Source: a virus. Taken from it: 64,000 bases of DNA. Positions 1 to 10,091 of this stretch are shown here, piece by piece. The DNA lies in IMG/VR virus record IMGVR_UViG_3300010391_000222, positions 2,770 through 66,769 of that record; one strand, given 5' to 3'. The first letter of the stretch is position 1. Every line of letters starts with the position of its first letter. The notes beneath the pieces were generated by a model. That model saw only the letters and a list, made by a program, of their open reading frames with translations. It was not told where the DNA came from and ran no database searches. The translations under genes were made by a program, and so were the position numbers.

Positions 1-354
1 AGTTTTAGTATTGGTCAAAAAGGAGGAGCATTTGCAAAAGGACGAAAGGCTATTGCAATTGATCAAAGAACTGGTTTTAAAAAATTGCAAAGAGATATGT
101 TATTTGAACCTGGCACTAATTATTTTATGCATAAGGAAGAATCAGACGGAAAGCATAATCTTGTAACAGATAAACTTAATTATATAAGTGATAAAATGAA
201 GGAACCAGAAGCAATAGGATTGAAGTATCCTAGTCTTGATGTAGCTCTTAGTATTGGAACAATTGTTTCTGCAGATAGTTTAGCTTTAGATGGTCCAAGA
301 CCTTTAGGTACTAATTTTTATCAATTCTATAGTGGTACTAGTTTAGGATTATGA
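1..354 (+). CDS. Virion structural protein, 5'-truncated; paralog of 351..788
   Basis: Frame is open from base 1 (SFSIGQKGGAFAKGRKAIAIDQRTGFKKLQRDMLFEPGTNYF), so it extends upstream of the tracked start at 85; aligns by eye with 351..788. Confidence 0.7.
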   Translation, partial: SFSIGQKGGAFAKGRKAIAIDQRTGFKKLQRDMLFEPGTNYFMHKEESDGKHNLVTDKLNYISDKMKEPEAIGLKYPSLDVALSIGTIVSADSLALDGPRPLGTNFYQFYSGTSLGL

Positions 355-788
355 AAATAAAGCATAGAGGGAAACCATTTGCAAAAGGACGAGATGCAGT
401 AGCTATTTGTCAACGATCAGGTTTTAAATATCTTCAATCTGAAATGGTATTTGAACCAGGAACTAATTATTTTGTTCATAGAAGTGAAACAGATGGTTTT
501 AAAAATTTAGTCGATGATCCATTGAATTATGCACCAAAGAAGATGAGAAGACCGGAATTAATTTCACTTAGATATTCTTTTCCAGAAGATAAGTTATCTA
601 TAGGAACTATTGTAAGTGCAGAACAATTATTTTTACCAAGTTATGCTTCAGTCTCTAATCAGTTTATACAGTATGCCGTAGTCAGTATAGGTTCTGGAGT
701 ATCGGGAGTAGTTTCGACTGCACGAGCAGCTAAGTTCTCTTCTAGTGCAAATAGTCAGTATGTATTAGTGATTTTCCAAGGAATATAA
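351..788 (+). CDS. Virion structural protein (FAKGRxAxAICQRSGF family of podovirus late genes)
   Basis: 145 aa, ATGA-coupled to the upstream paralog; located in the structural module. Confidence 0.65.
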   Translation: MKIKHRGKPFAKGRDAVAICQRSGFKYLQSEMVFEPGTNYFVHRSETDGFKNLVDDPLNYAPKKMRRPELISLRYSFPEDKLSIGTIVSAEQLFLPSYASVSNQFIQYAVVSIGSGVSGVVSTARAAKFSSSANSQYVLVIFQGI

Positions 789-795
789 ATTATAA

Positions 796-3228
796 ATGGC
801 TAATAATATAATAATTAAAGATGGAAATGACGTAAGTAGGACACTACATACTGTAGAAGATTCTACTAGTGCTCATTTTAATCAAAGTATTCCTACGGAT
901 GTCTCGGGTCATGTAGCTTCTATTGTCTCGGGAGCAGGTCAAGCTGCTCAGAGCGGTATGGGTGGTCTAGTAGTAGCTTTGCACCCTTCTAGTCCGGTGC
1001 CTGCTGGAACTAATTTCATAGGCGCAGTAAGCGTCAGAGGCAACGTTTCTATTGATGATAAAGTTTCTGTAGCAGGAAGAGTAAGCGCACATCAAGATGG
1101 TACTTGGGATGTAAATGCTTCAGTTGTAGGACTTGTAAGTATCAATGGTCCATTACCTGCTGGTACCAATTTACTTGGTAAGGTTTCTATTGCTGATTCT
1201 ATAATAGGAGTTTCTGTAAAAGATAGTACTCTTGCAATTACTCAAAGTGGCCCTTGGAGAGTTTCTGTAACCGATCCTCTACCTGCCGGTACTAATCTTA
1301 TAGGTGCTGTTTCTATTAGAGGCAATATTCTTGGTTCAGTATCAATTAGTAATATTGCAGATGTCTCTGTCCAAGATAACGCGCCCGTAAGTGTACGAGG
1401 AGGAGTTCTCGGTGCTGTATCGCTAGGCGGAGGTACTGCTATTATAGGCAAGGTTTCATTAGCTGGGATTAATCCTGTATCTGTAGCAGGTAATATTCCA
1501 GGTATAGACAGTGCTATTACTGTAGGTACTCATGCAGTTACACAGTCTGGTACCTGGACTGTACAACCAGGAAATACTGCCAATACTACACCTTGGCTAG
1601 TATCGATAGGCGGTAATGTCTCTTTGAGTGATAACGCACCTGTTTCTGTAAGAGGAGGAGTTTTAGGTGCTGTATCGCTAGGCGGCGGTACTGCCATTAT
1701 AGGTAAAGTATCACTAGCAGGTATTAATCCAGTTTCTGTAGCAGGCAATATTCCAGGTATAGACAATGCTATTACTGTAGGTACTCATGCAGTTACACAG
1801 AGTGGTACTTGGACTGTACAACCTGGAAATACTGCGAATACTACTCCTTGGCTTGTTTCAGTTGGTGGCAATGTCTCTCTTAGTGATAATGCGCCAGTCT
1901 CCGTAAGAGGCGGAAGAGTTTCTATTGCAGATAGTACTCTTGTTGTTACTCAAAGTGGTACTTGGACTGTTCAACCAGGTAATACCGCCAATACTACTCC
2001 CTGGCTTGTTTCAGTAGGTGGCAATGTTTCTCTTTCAGATAATGCTCCAGTTTCTGTACGCGGTGGTGTCCTGGGAGCAGTATCATTAGGTGGTGGTACT
2101 GCTCAAATAGGTAGAGTTTCTGTCTTTGTAGATCAAGTACCGTTCAATGTTTCGGTAATGAATTCTTTGCCTGTACCCGTAAGTATTGTAGCCGGTAAGG
2201 TATCTATACAAGGTATTTCTCAAGTATCGGTAGCTGGTTCCGTTACAGTAGCTCCTCCTACAAATACTGGTGCTGCAGTAGGTGCAGGTGCTTTCTTTGT
2301 AGGGGGTACCGATGGAGCAAATTTAAGAGGTTTACTTACAGATGCTTCAGGACGTTTGGTAGTACACGTAAGCAATACGGCTCCTGGTGGGGCTGCAGGT
2401 AGTACACAAGTAGTTTCTATTGGTGGAGCAGTAAGCAATCAAGCTGTCCAGATAGCTTTTACTGATGGCACTAATGCAAGAACACCTTTGGTTAATACTG
2501 GTGGAAATATTCTTGTCCATGTCTGTAATGCACAACCTACTCCTTCCGGTATTACTCAAATGGTCTCTATTGACGGAGCAGTAAGTACTCAAGCTGTACA
2601 AGTAGCTTTTACAGATGGAACTAATGCAAAAACTCCGTTAGTAGATGTAAGCGGTGTAATAAGAACAACAGGGTATACATTTACAAGTCAATATATTTTT
2701 ACGAGACCTGCAGATACTACTGCTTATGCAGGACCTACTGCAGCATTTCCAGGTACTGCAGGAGACTTAATTGCCAATAGTACTACAAATACTGCAGTAG
2801 TTCCACTTAAATTTAAAGTAGCAAGAGTGCCTGGGGGTATAGCATATATTCGTAGAGCACGTTTGTTCAGAACAGGTACTGCTGCTGCTGCTAATATACA
2901 TAATGTAGCTACTGCTTTACGATTACATATATTTAATACTACGAATGAAGTAAGTGTAGCTACTGGCGATAATGTAGCAATGAAGGCTTCTCCTGTAAGT
3001 GTTTATAGAGGACATATTGATCTTTTGCTACCAGTTAGTGTCATTGGCATTAGAACTGGTGGAGGTACTTCGGTAGCTTATTATCAAGGTGTTCCGGCAG
3101 GTTCTAGTGAAATTATTTGTCATTTAAGTTCTAATCAAGTTTCAATACAAGCTTTACTTGAATCAAGAGGTGCTTGGACACCAATTTCAGGAGAGATTTT
3201 TACTACACAATTAGACGTATTTCAATAA
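796..3228 (+). CDS. Val-Ser-rich repetitive fibre/decoration protein 1
   Basis: 810 aa, G/V/S/T/A-rich; 3 copies of TQSGTWTVQPGNTANTTPWLVS; non-repetitive C-terminal domain. Confidence 0.75.
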   Translation: MANNIIIKDGNDVSRTLHTVEDSTSAHFNQSIPTDVSGHVASIVSGAGQAAQSGMGGLVVALHPSSPVPAGTNFIGAVSVRGNVSIDDKVSVAGRVSAHQDGTWDVNASVVGLVSINGPLPAGTNLLGKVSIADSIIGVSVKDSTLAITQSGPWRVSVTDPLPAGTNLIGAVSIRGNILGSVSISNIADVSVQDNAPVSVRGGVLGAVSLGGGTAIIGKVSLAGINPVSVAGNIPGIDSAITVGTHAVTQSGTWTVQPGNTANTTPWLVSIGGNVSLSDNAPVSVRGGVLGAVSLGGGTAIIGKVSLAGINPVSVAGNIPGIDNAITVGTHAVTQSGTWTVQPGNTANTTPWLVSVGGNVSLSDNAPVSVRGGRVSIADSTLVVTQSGTWTVQPGNTANTTPWLVSVGGNVSLSDNAPVSVRGGVLGAVSLGGGTAQIGRVSVFVDQVPFNVSVMNSLPVPVSIVAGKVSIQGISQVSVAGSVTVAPPTNTGAAVGAGAFFVGGTDGANLRGLLTDASGRLVVHVSNTAPGGAAGSTQVVSIGGAVSNQAVQIAFTDGTNARTPLVNTGGNILVHVCNAQPTPSGITQMVSIDGAVSTQAVQVAFTDGTNAKTPLVDVSGVIRTTGYTFTSQYIFTRPADTTAYAGPTAAFPGTAGDLIANSTTNTAVVPLKFKVARVPGGIAYIRRARLFRTGTAAAANIHNVATALRLHIFNTTNEVSVATGDNVAMKASPVSVYRGHIDLLLPVSVIGIRTGGGTSVAYYQGVPAGSSEIICHLSSNQVSIQALLESRGAWTPISGEIFTTQLDVFQ

Positions 3229-3245
3229 TAAAAGGATATAATATT

Positions 3246-3851
3246 ATGCCAGGACCACCTCCAGATAGTTTTATAGCTTATAAAAATATTTATTTTGGTA
3301 CTGGAGTATCAGGTAATGAAACAATACCTGAACGTGCTAATTTTTTAACAATAGAAGTAATGGCTCCAGGCGGCAACGGAGGTACTGCCAATGCTTTATG
3401 GGGAGGTGGTGGTGGATCGGGAGCAGGAGCAAGCGATAAACTTTTTATATTAGGTGCTTCTGATGCAGGAAGACAAATATTTTATCAAGTAGGTGGTAGA
3501 AGTGGAGAAAATTCATTTGTTACTGGTAGTTTAGAAATAGAAGGAAGTGTCTCTATTCTTTGTAGTTCTGGTATCAATGGTTTAAATGGCGTAGATGGTG
3601 GTGCAGGAGGAAGTCCTGGGGGAAATGGATATGGAGGAGATAATAATTATACAGGTGTGGTTGGAGAACCGGGAGTTTTTGTTGGTGATGGCGGTTTTGG
3701 TGGAGTTAGAGGATATGTTCCAGTTAGTTATGATGTATACCCTTATGTCTCTGCTTCACCAGAACAAGGAGAAGGTGGTTCGGGCGGAAGTACTGATATT
3801 ATGCCAGGAGAAATTGCAAAATCTGGATTTATTTCATTTAAATTTTCTTAA
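3246..3851 (+). CDS. Glycine-rich virion protein
   Basis: ATG at 3246 after AAGGA is a more plausible start than the tracked 3174; GGNGG/GGGGGSGAG runs typical of phage glycine-rich fibre domains. Confidence 0.65.
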   Translation: MPGPPPDSFIAYKNIYFGTGVSGNETIPERANFLTIEVMAPGGNGGTANALWGGGGGSGAGASDKLFILGASDAGRQIFYQVGGRSGENSFVTGSLEIEGSVSILCSSGINGLNGVDGGAGGSPGGNGYGGDNNYTGVVGEPGVFVGDGGFGGVRGYVPVSYDVYPYVSASPEQGEGGSGGSTDIMPGEIAKSGFISFKFS

Positions 3852-3864
3852 TTAGGATAAACTT

Positions 3865-6800
3865 ATGGCTAACAATATTACAGTAAAAGACTCTACTGGT
3901 ACTACTAAGACAATTCATACAGTAGAAGATTCTACTAGTGCTCATTTTAATATGTCTGTTCCTGTAGACGTAAGTGGGCATACTGCGACTGTAGTATCTG
4001 GTAGCGGTCAAGCAGCTACAACAGGAATGGGTGGTCTAGTAGTAGCTTTACATCCTTCTAGTCCATTACCAGTAGGTACTAATTTACTTGGAGGAGTATC
4101 TGTAAGAGGTATTGTTACAGTAGCTGGTCCAGTATCTATTGGTGGCAATATTCCAGGTATTGATTCTGCAATTACAGTAAATGCTCATGCAGTAACTCAA
4201 AGTGGCCCTTGGAGAGTATCGGTAACTGATCCTTTGCCTGCAGGAACTAATCTAATAGGTGCAGTAAGCATTAGAGGTAATGTAAGTATAGACGATAAGG
4301 TTTCTGTAGCAGGTTTAGTTAGCGCACATCAAGATGGGACATGGAATGTAATTTCTAATACGCAATTAGTCTCTATTGGTGGAGCAACTAGTATTCAAGC
4401 ATATCCTATAGCGGGTAAAGATACTGCTGGAGATGCAAGAATTCCATTAATGACTACTGGTGGTGCTCTAATTGTCCATGTAAGTAATACTGCGCCAGGA
4501 GGTGCTGCAGGCAGTACTCAAATGGTCTCTATTGGCGGAGCGACTAGTGTTCAAGCTGTTCAGATAGCAGGTAAAGATACGGCAGGTAATGCTAGAAGTC
4601 CTTTGATGTTTACCGATGGTACTTTATTGGTTCATGTCTGTAATGCGCAACCTACGCCAACTGGTACAACTCAAATGGTCTCTATTGGTGGAGCAGTAAG
4701 CAATCAAGCTGTACAAATAGCAGGCAAAGATACTGCTGGTGATGCAAGAATTCCATTAATGACTACTGGTGGTGCTCTAATTGTCCATGTAAGTAATACT
4801 GCGCCAGGAGGTGCTGCAGGCAGTACTCAAATGGTTTCCATAGGAGGTACTGTCTCAAATCAGGCAGTACAAGTAGCATTTACAGATGGAACAAATGCAA
4901 GAACACCTTATTCAGATTCTAGTGGTATTCAAAGAGTATCTGTAATGGACAGTACTCTTGCAGTTACGCAATCGGGTACGTGGACGGTACAACCGGGCAA
5001 TACTGCGAATACTACTCCCTGGTTGGTATCGGTAGGAGGTAATGTATCTCTAAGCGATAATGCTCCCGTAAGTGTAAGGGGCGGTATCCTTGGTGCTGTA
5101 TCGCTAGGCGGAGGTACTGCTCAAATAGGTAGAGTTTCTGTCTTTGTAGATCAAGTACCGTTCAATGTTTCTGTAATGAACTCCTTGCCTGTACCTGTAA
5201 GCATTGTAGGTGGTGTCCTTGGTGCAGTATCGCTAGGCGGTGGCACTGCCATTATAGGCAAAGTATCGCTAGCAGGCATTAATCCAGTAAGTGTAGCAGG
5301 CAATATACCCGGTATAGACAGTGCCATTACTGTAGGTACTCATGCAGTTACACAGTCTGGTACCTGGACTGTTCAACCGGGCAATACCGCCAATACTACT
5401 CCCTGGCTTGTTTCAGTTGGTGGCAATGTTTCCTTAAGTGACAATGCTCCAGTAAGTGTTCGAGGCGGCAGAGTTTCTATTGCCGATAGTACTCTCGCGG
5501 CTACACAGTCAGGTACATGGACAGTACAGCCAGGTAATACAGCTAATACAACTCCATGGCTAGTATCTGTAGGAGGTAATGTCTCTCTTAGTGACAATGC
5601 GCCTGTTTCTGTACGTGGAGGTGTCCTAGGTGCAGTATCTCTAGGTGGTGGTACGGCACAAATAGGCAGGGTAAGTGTCTTTGTAGACCAAGTACCCTTT
5701 AATGTTTCTGTAATGAATACCTTGCCTGTACCTGTATCAATAGTTGGTGGAATTATAAATACTATTCAACAAGTATCTCTTGGAGGAGGTACTGCTACTA
5801 TTGGTAAACTAGGGGTTAATACAGATAAAGTTGTTATAGGTGCTGTATCTATAGCAGATACTACTCATGCAGTTACACAGTCTGGTACTTGGACTGTTCA
5901 GCCTGGCAATACGGCTAATACTACGCCTTGGTTGGTATCTGTAGGCGGCAACGTATCTCTTTCGGATAACGCACCCGTGAGTGTCCGTGGTGGACGGGTT
6001 TCTATTGCAGATAGTACTCTTGCTGTTACTGAATCAGGCACATGGACTGTTCAACCGGGCAATACCGCCAATACTACGCCGTGGCTAGTCTCAGTAAATG
6101 GTCCATTGCCTGCAGGTACTAATTTGCTTGGTAGAGTTTCTCTTGAAGGTTCTTTACCTGTAACTGGTATTACTCAAATGGTCTCTATTGGTGGAGCAGT
6201 AAGCAATCAGGCTGTCCAGATAGCATTTACAGATGGTACCAATGCAAGAACCCCTCTTACTACTACTACAGGTATTCAAATAGCTCATGTCTCGAATGTT
6301 TTACCTGATCATGGAGTAACTCAGAGTGGTACTTGGACCGTCCAACCTGGGAATACAGCCAATACAACTCCATGGCTTGTTTCAGTTGGTGGTAATGTAT
6401 CTCTTAGTGACAATGCTCCTGTAAGTGTCAGAGGTGGTGTCCTTGGTGCTGTCTCTATTGGCGGCGGTACTGCTCAAATAGGTCGTGTAAGTGTCTTTGT
6501 AGATCAAGTACCCTTTAATGTCTCGGTAATGAACTCTTTACCTGTACCTACAAGTGTAGTAGGAGGAGTTCTAAATGCTGTTTCTATTGGTGGGGGTACT
6601 GCACAGATTGGCAGGGTAAGTGTCTTTGTAGATCAAGTACCCTTTAATGTCTCTGTAATGAACTCTTTGCCTGTGCCCGTGAGTATTGTAGGCGGTAAGG
6701 TACATGTAAGTAATATTCTTCCCGATCACGGAGTTACTCAATCAGGTACTTGGACTGTTCAGCCAGGAAATACACCAAATACTGCTCCTTGGTTAACTAC

Positions 6801-7161
6801 AGATATTCCTAGTTCAGTAGGTGGTCTTACTATTAGTTCATATACGGTTTCTGCAGTAACTTCAGGTAGTCTTGTAAAATCTGCTGCAGGACAAGTTTAT
6901 AGTATCGCTGCTGCAAACAATGGTGCAGGTGCTTTATATTTAAGACTTTTTAATAAAGCTACTGCTCCTGCTTCTACAGATACGCCTTTTATAAGACTTA
7001 TTGTTCCTGGCAATACTGCAGGTGCAGGATTTGTATATTCTATTCCCTGTGGTCTAGCCTTTGGTACGGGCATTGGTTGGAGAATTAGTGGCGGTCTTGT
7101 AGATGGAGACACTACTGCTCCTGCAGATAATCAAGGTTATGTAAACATACTTTATAAATAA
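3865..7161 (+). CDS. Val-Ser-rich repetitive fibre/decoration protein 2 (paralog of 796..3228)
   Basis: 1098 aa; shares the N-terminus (MANNI..KD..HTVEDSTSAHFN) and repeat modules; 7 copies of the TQSGTWTVQPGNT unit; different C-terminal domain. Confidence 0.75.
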   Translation: MANNITVKDSTGTTKTIHTVEDSTSAHFNMSVPVDVSGHTATVVSGSGQAATTGMGGLVVALHPSSPLPVGTNLLGGVSVRGIVTVAGPVSIGGNIPGIDSAITVNAHAVTQSGPWRVSVTDPLPAGTNLIGAVSIRGNVSIDDKVSVAGLVSAHQDGTWNVISNTQLVSIGGATSIQAYPIAGKDTAGDARIPLMTTGGALIVHVSNTAPGGAAGSTQMVSIGGATSVQAVQIAGKDTAGNARSPLMFTDGTLLVHVCNAQPTPTGTTQMVSIGGAVSNQAVQIAGKDTAGDARIPLMTTGGALIVHVSNTAPGGAAGSTQMVSIGGTVSNQAVQVAFTDGTNARTPYSDSSGIQRVSVMDSTLAVTQSGTWTVQPGNTANTTPWLVSVGGNVSLSDNAPVSVRGGILGAVSLGGGTAQIGRVSVFVDQVPFNVSVMNSLPVPVSIVGGVLGAVSLGGGTAIIGKVSLAGINPVSVAGNIPGIDSAITVGTHAVTQSGTWTVQPGNTANTTPWLVSVGGNVSLSDNAPVSVRGGRVSIADSTLAATQSGTWTVQPGNTANTTPWLVSVGGNVSLSDNAPVSVRGGVLGAVSLGGGTAQIGRVSVFVDQVPFNVSVMNTLPVPVSIVGGIINTIQQVSLGGGTATIGKLGVNTDKVVIGAVSIADTTHAVTQSGTWTVQPGNTANTTPWLVSVGGNVSLSDNAPVSVRGGRVSIADSTLAVTESGTWTVQPGNTANTTPWLVSVNGPLPAGTNLLGRVSLEGSLPVTGITQMVSIGGAVSNQAVQIAFTDGTNARTPLTTTTGIQIAHVSNVLPDHGVTQSGTWTVQPGNTANTTPWLVSVGGNVSLSDNAPVSVRGGVLGAVSIGGGTAQIGRVSVFVDQVPFNVSVMNSLPVPTSVVGGVLNAVSIGGGTAQIGRVSVFVDQVPFNVSVMNSLPVPVSIVGGKVHVSNILPDHGVTQSGTWTVQPGNTPNTAPWLTTDIPSSVGGLTISSYTVSAVTSGSLVKSAAGQVYSIAAANNGAGALYLRLFNKATAPASTDTPFIRLIVPGNTAGAGFVYSIPCGLAFGTGIGWRISGGLVDGDTTAPADNQGYVNILYK

Positions 7162-7178
7162 GGATTAAGAATAAAATT

Positions 7179-7559
7179 ATGGCAGCAGTTTTAGATCGTC
7201 AAATAGTTCCACAGAAACAAGAAATTATTACTTCAGAGTATGAGATTACTACTGAAACTAAAAGTATTACAATGGAGATTGACAGACATAATTGGACTAA
7301 AGACGATAAAGACGGTCTTGTATCATTAATTGCAATACTTGAAGTAGACGAAACTCTCAAAGGTGATTGGCGTGAAATCGGTAGTTGTGGAATGGAAGGA
7401 GGAGAGATAATTGGGCGAGACGGGCTTCCTATTACAAAATCGGGTATTACAATTAGTCTTGATGAAAAAACAAGTTTTCCAAAAGGGACAAAAGTGCGTG
7501 CTAGATTAAAGACTTCATCGGTAGACTTGGAAACAGAAATAAGAATTATCGAAGGTTAA
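7179..7559 (+). CDS. Hypothetical protein in structural module
   Basis: 126 aa ORF filling the gap between structural genes. Confidence 0.6.
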   Translation: MAAVLDRQIVPQKQEIITSEYEITTETKSITMEIDRHNWTKDDKDGLVSLIAILEVDETLKGDWREIGSCGMEGGEIIGRDGLPITKSGITISLDEKTSFPKGTKVRARLKTSSVDLETEIRIIEG

Positions 7560-7574
7560 TTTTAGGATAAAATT

Positions 7575-8882
7575 ATGGCAACTGTTACTCACGATTCGTC
7601 AGTTTCTGCAAAGGGAATAAATGTTTCTACTTTGAGTGTCTCATTGACGATTGCCAATAATTCTAATCGTTATGTAATTGGCCATGCTTGTGCAGATACT
7701 GCTGCAGGTCCGGCTCAAATTACTAGTATGACTTGGAATACGACAGAGACAATGGCTGCTCTATGGTCGCAACTTCAATTACTTGTTCGTACTAGAGCTT
7801 TTGGACTTGCTGCTCCTACAGCTACTACAGCAAATATTGCTTGTACTTTTGGTGCTACTGAAGAAGCTGTAGCAGTATCGGGGTCGTCTTTTTATAATGT
7901 TCACCAGACTACTTCTACTGGAACAGCGCGTACTTCTAGCGGAACTAGCGGTAATAATTTCTGGATTGGAGTTGATGGAGGAGTAACCAATGGTTTAGTA
8001 GTAGGATGTGGAGCTTGGGATAAAACCACAATCGGTAATCCTGCAATATCTGACAAGACTGGTCTACTTGAATTTTGGGCATCTGGGGCTCTTTCGACAG
8101 CTACGGCACAAACGTCTCGTACTCCGGCATTGCCTGCAAATAGTCAGCGAGGAGATATTGTACTTGCTCATTGTGCATCAGAAAATAATAATACGCATGC
8201 TTGTTCTACGTCAGGATGGAATAATTTAGGGCAAACCAATAGCGGTACTGGATGGACTGTTTCTTATTGGTGGGCCATTGAAGATGGTGCTCTTGGTGCT
8301 CCAGTAATTACTTGGACTGATTCAAATGATGCTAGTGCACATACTCATTCTTTTCGCGATACCAAAGTAAGTACTCCTTGCGCTTATATAGGTACTGTAG
8401 GAACTGGAACAGGAGGTACTCATACTTCTACTGGAGGCAATAGTACAGAAAATAATGTTCGTGTAGCTTACATAGATCATGCAAATGCTAATACTGCACT
8501 TGCGACTCCTGCTGGATGGACAGAACATACAGATAGTGGTTCGGCAACTGGTCCTTGTCAAACTACACTTGGGTCTATTGCAATTGCTACACTTGGCACT
8601 GGGTCTGGTAATATTAGTGTACTGGGGGCTCTTGCAGCTTGGGTACAACAACAGATTGAAATTTATCGTCATGCTATTACACAAGTAGCAATGACGGAAC
8701 AAGAAGATATTGGTGATTTTGCTGCTTTTGCTGTCTCTTATGAGACCTCTTCTACCTATAATACATTAGGTTGGACTGGCACAGGAACTACAGCTTCATA
8801 TGTTACTGGAGCAATAGAACTTAAACCTACTGCTGCTGCAGCTACTTCACAACAACAATTAATGATGTTAGGGGTTTCGTAG
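7575..8882 (+). CDS. Ser/Thr/Gly/Ala-rich beta-strand virion surface protein
   Basis: 435 aa, AGGA RBS; composition and context fit a fibre-tip or decoration protein. Confidence 0.6.
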   Translation: MATVTHDSSVSAKGINVSTLSVSLTIANNSNRYVIGHACADTAAGPAQITSMTWNTTETMAALWSQLQLLVRTRAFGLAAPTATTANIACTFGATEEAVAVSGSSFYNVHQTTSTGTARTSSGTSGNNFWIGVDGGVTNGLVVGCGAWDKTTIGNPAISDKTGLLEFWASGALSTATAQTSRTPALPANSQRGDIVLAHCASENNNTHACSTSGWNNLGQTNSGTGWTVSYWWAIEDGALGAPVITWTDSNDASAHTHSFRDTKVSTPCAYIGTVGTGTGGTHTSTGGNSTENNVRVAYIDHANANTALATPAGWTEHTDSGSATGPCQTTLGSIAIATLGTGSGNISVLGALAAWVQQQIEIYRHAITQVAMTEQEDIGDFAAFAVSYETSSTYNTLGWTGTGTTASYVTGAIELKPTAAAATSQQQLMMLGVS

Positions 8883-8893
8883 GAGAGATATAA

Positions 8894-9574
8894 ATGACTT
8901 CACCCATTGGTTCTTATACTACATTAGTTTCTGCCATAGTCGATTATTTTGAAGACGATGGTACAGAATTTAAGGCTTATATTCCTGTAGCTGTAGACCT
9001 TGCAGAACAACGTCTTGCGCGCGAGATTGATTCTACGCATCTTAAATTTAATACTAATGTCTCTAGTACGGCTGCCAATAGATTAATCAATAAACCTACT
9101 GGGTACAAATTTGCTTTTAATCTTCGCTATATTACTCCTTCGGGCGAACTTAGGACACTCTTCAAAACTACAGATTCTTATATTGAAGACTATTGGCCTT
9201 GGGGTAATTCTAGTGTAGGTTGTCCTAAATATTATGCAGATTATAGTCAGACACAATTTATAGTAGGCCCTACAGTCTCTAATGCAGGAGATTTTCCTCT
9301 TAGTTATTCGGGAAGACCTACCCCCTTGACTGCTACTGTAAGTATCAATGTTTTCACAAGTTCATTTAGTGATCTTTTGTTTTATGCTACACTTATAGAA
9401 CAAGCAAAGTTTGCTAGGCAAAATACGATGGTACAGACTTTAGAAGGCAATTATCAGTCTTGTCTGCATAGTGTAGTAAATGAAGGTAGGCGTGAACGTC
9501 GAGATTCTGGTCTTGAACCTGCAAATACTCAATCAAATATTAATAGTTTAAATGGACCGATTCAAAGTGAATAA
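8894..9574 (+). CDS. Head-tail adaptor / tail tubular protein A-like
   Basis: 226 aa; YTTLVSAIVDY..FIPVAVDLAEQRLARE-type N-terminus, G-PKYYA and DLLFYATL motifs as in podovirus adaptors; AGGAG RBS. Confidence 0.65.
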   Translation: MTSPIGSYTTLVSAIVDYFEDDGTEFKAYIPVAVDLAEQRLAREIDSTHLKFNTNVSSTAANRLINKPTGYKFAFNLRYITPSGELRTLFKTTDSYIEDYWPWGNSSVGCPKYYADYSQTQFIVGPTVSNAGDFPLSYSGRPTPLTATVSINVFTSSFSDLLFYATLIEQAKFARQNTMVQTLEGNYQSCLHSVVNEGRRERRDSGLEPANTQSNINSLNGPIQSE

Positions 9575-10079
9575 TATAACAGAATTAAAATTACAAGAAC
9601 AATATAAAATTTGTCCTAGATGTAAAATTGATTTACCTTTTAGTGCTTATCATAAAAGTAAAAATAAGAAATTTGGATTGCAAGTAATTTGTAAAAATTG
9701 TAAATCAAAAGAATTAAAAAAATATGCTTTAAAGCGTGCTGAATATAGTATGAAATATAGATATGCACTACCGATAAAAGAATATTTACTTGCTAATGCA
9801 AAAAGAAGTGCTTTGAAACGAAAAATGGAATGTGATCTTACACTAGATAATATGCCCATAATTCCGACAACATGTCCTATATTAGGTACAGATTTAAGTG
9901 TAAGAATCAAAGATCATCGTAATTTGTATTCAATTGATCGTATAGATAATAATAAAGGATATGTTCAGGATAACATTGTAATTGTTAGTATGAGAGTAAA
10001 TAATTCTAAAGCTAATCTTTCTTTTAATGAGTTAGAAAAGATGTATTTCTTTTACAAACAATTTCAAAAACCGGAATAG
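9552..10079 (+). CDS. Free-standing HNH-type homing endonuclease
   Basis: CPRC..CKNC zinc finger, TCPILG, SIDRIDNNKGYVQDNIVIVSMRVNNSK; much more AT-rich than flanking genes; start may be GTG 9567. Confidence 0.75.
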   Translation: MDRFKVNNITELKLQEQYKICPRCKIDLPFSAYHKSKNKKFGLQVICKNCKSKELKKYALKRAEYSMKYRYALPIKEYLLANAKRSALKRKMECDLTLDNMPIIPTTCPILGTDLSVRIKDHRNLYSIDRIDNNKGYVQDNIVIVSMRVNNSKANLSFNELEKMYFFYKQFQKPE

Positions 10080-10091
10080 GAAGAATAAGCA

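Noticed and set aside
1530-6800. Recurring ~66-bp DNA units as a possible CRISPR array
   Set aside because: They vary at synonymous positions, lie in frame within long ORFs and have no unique spacers or cas operon
1242-7112. Several - strand ORFs inside the VS-rich genes
   Set aside because: Antisense shadows of repetitive, codon-biased genes; no RBS or recognisable domains
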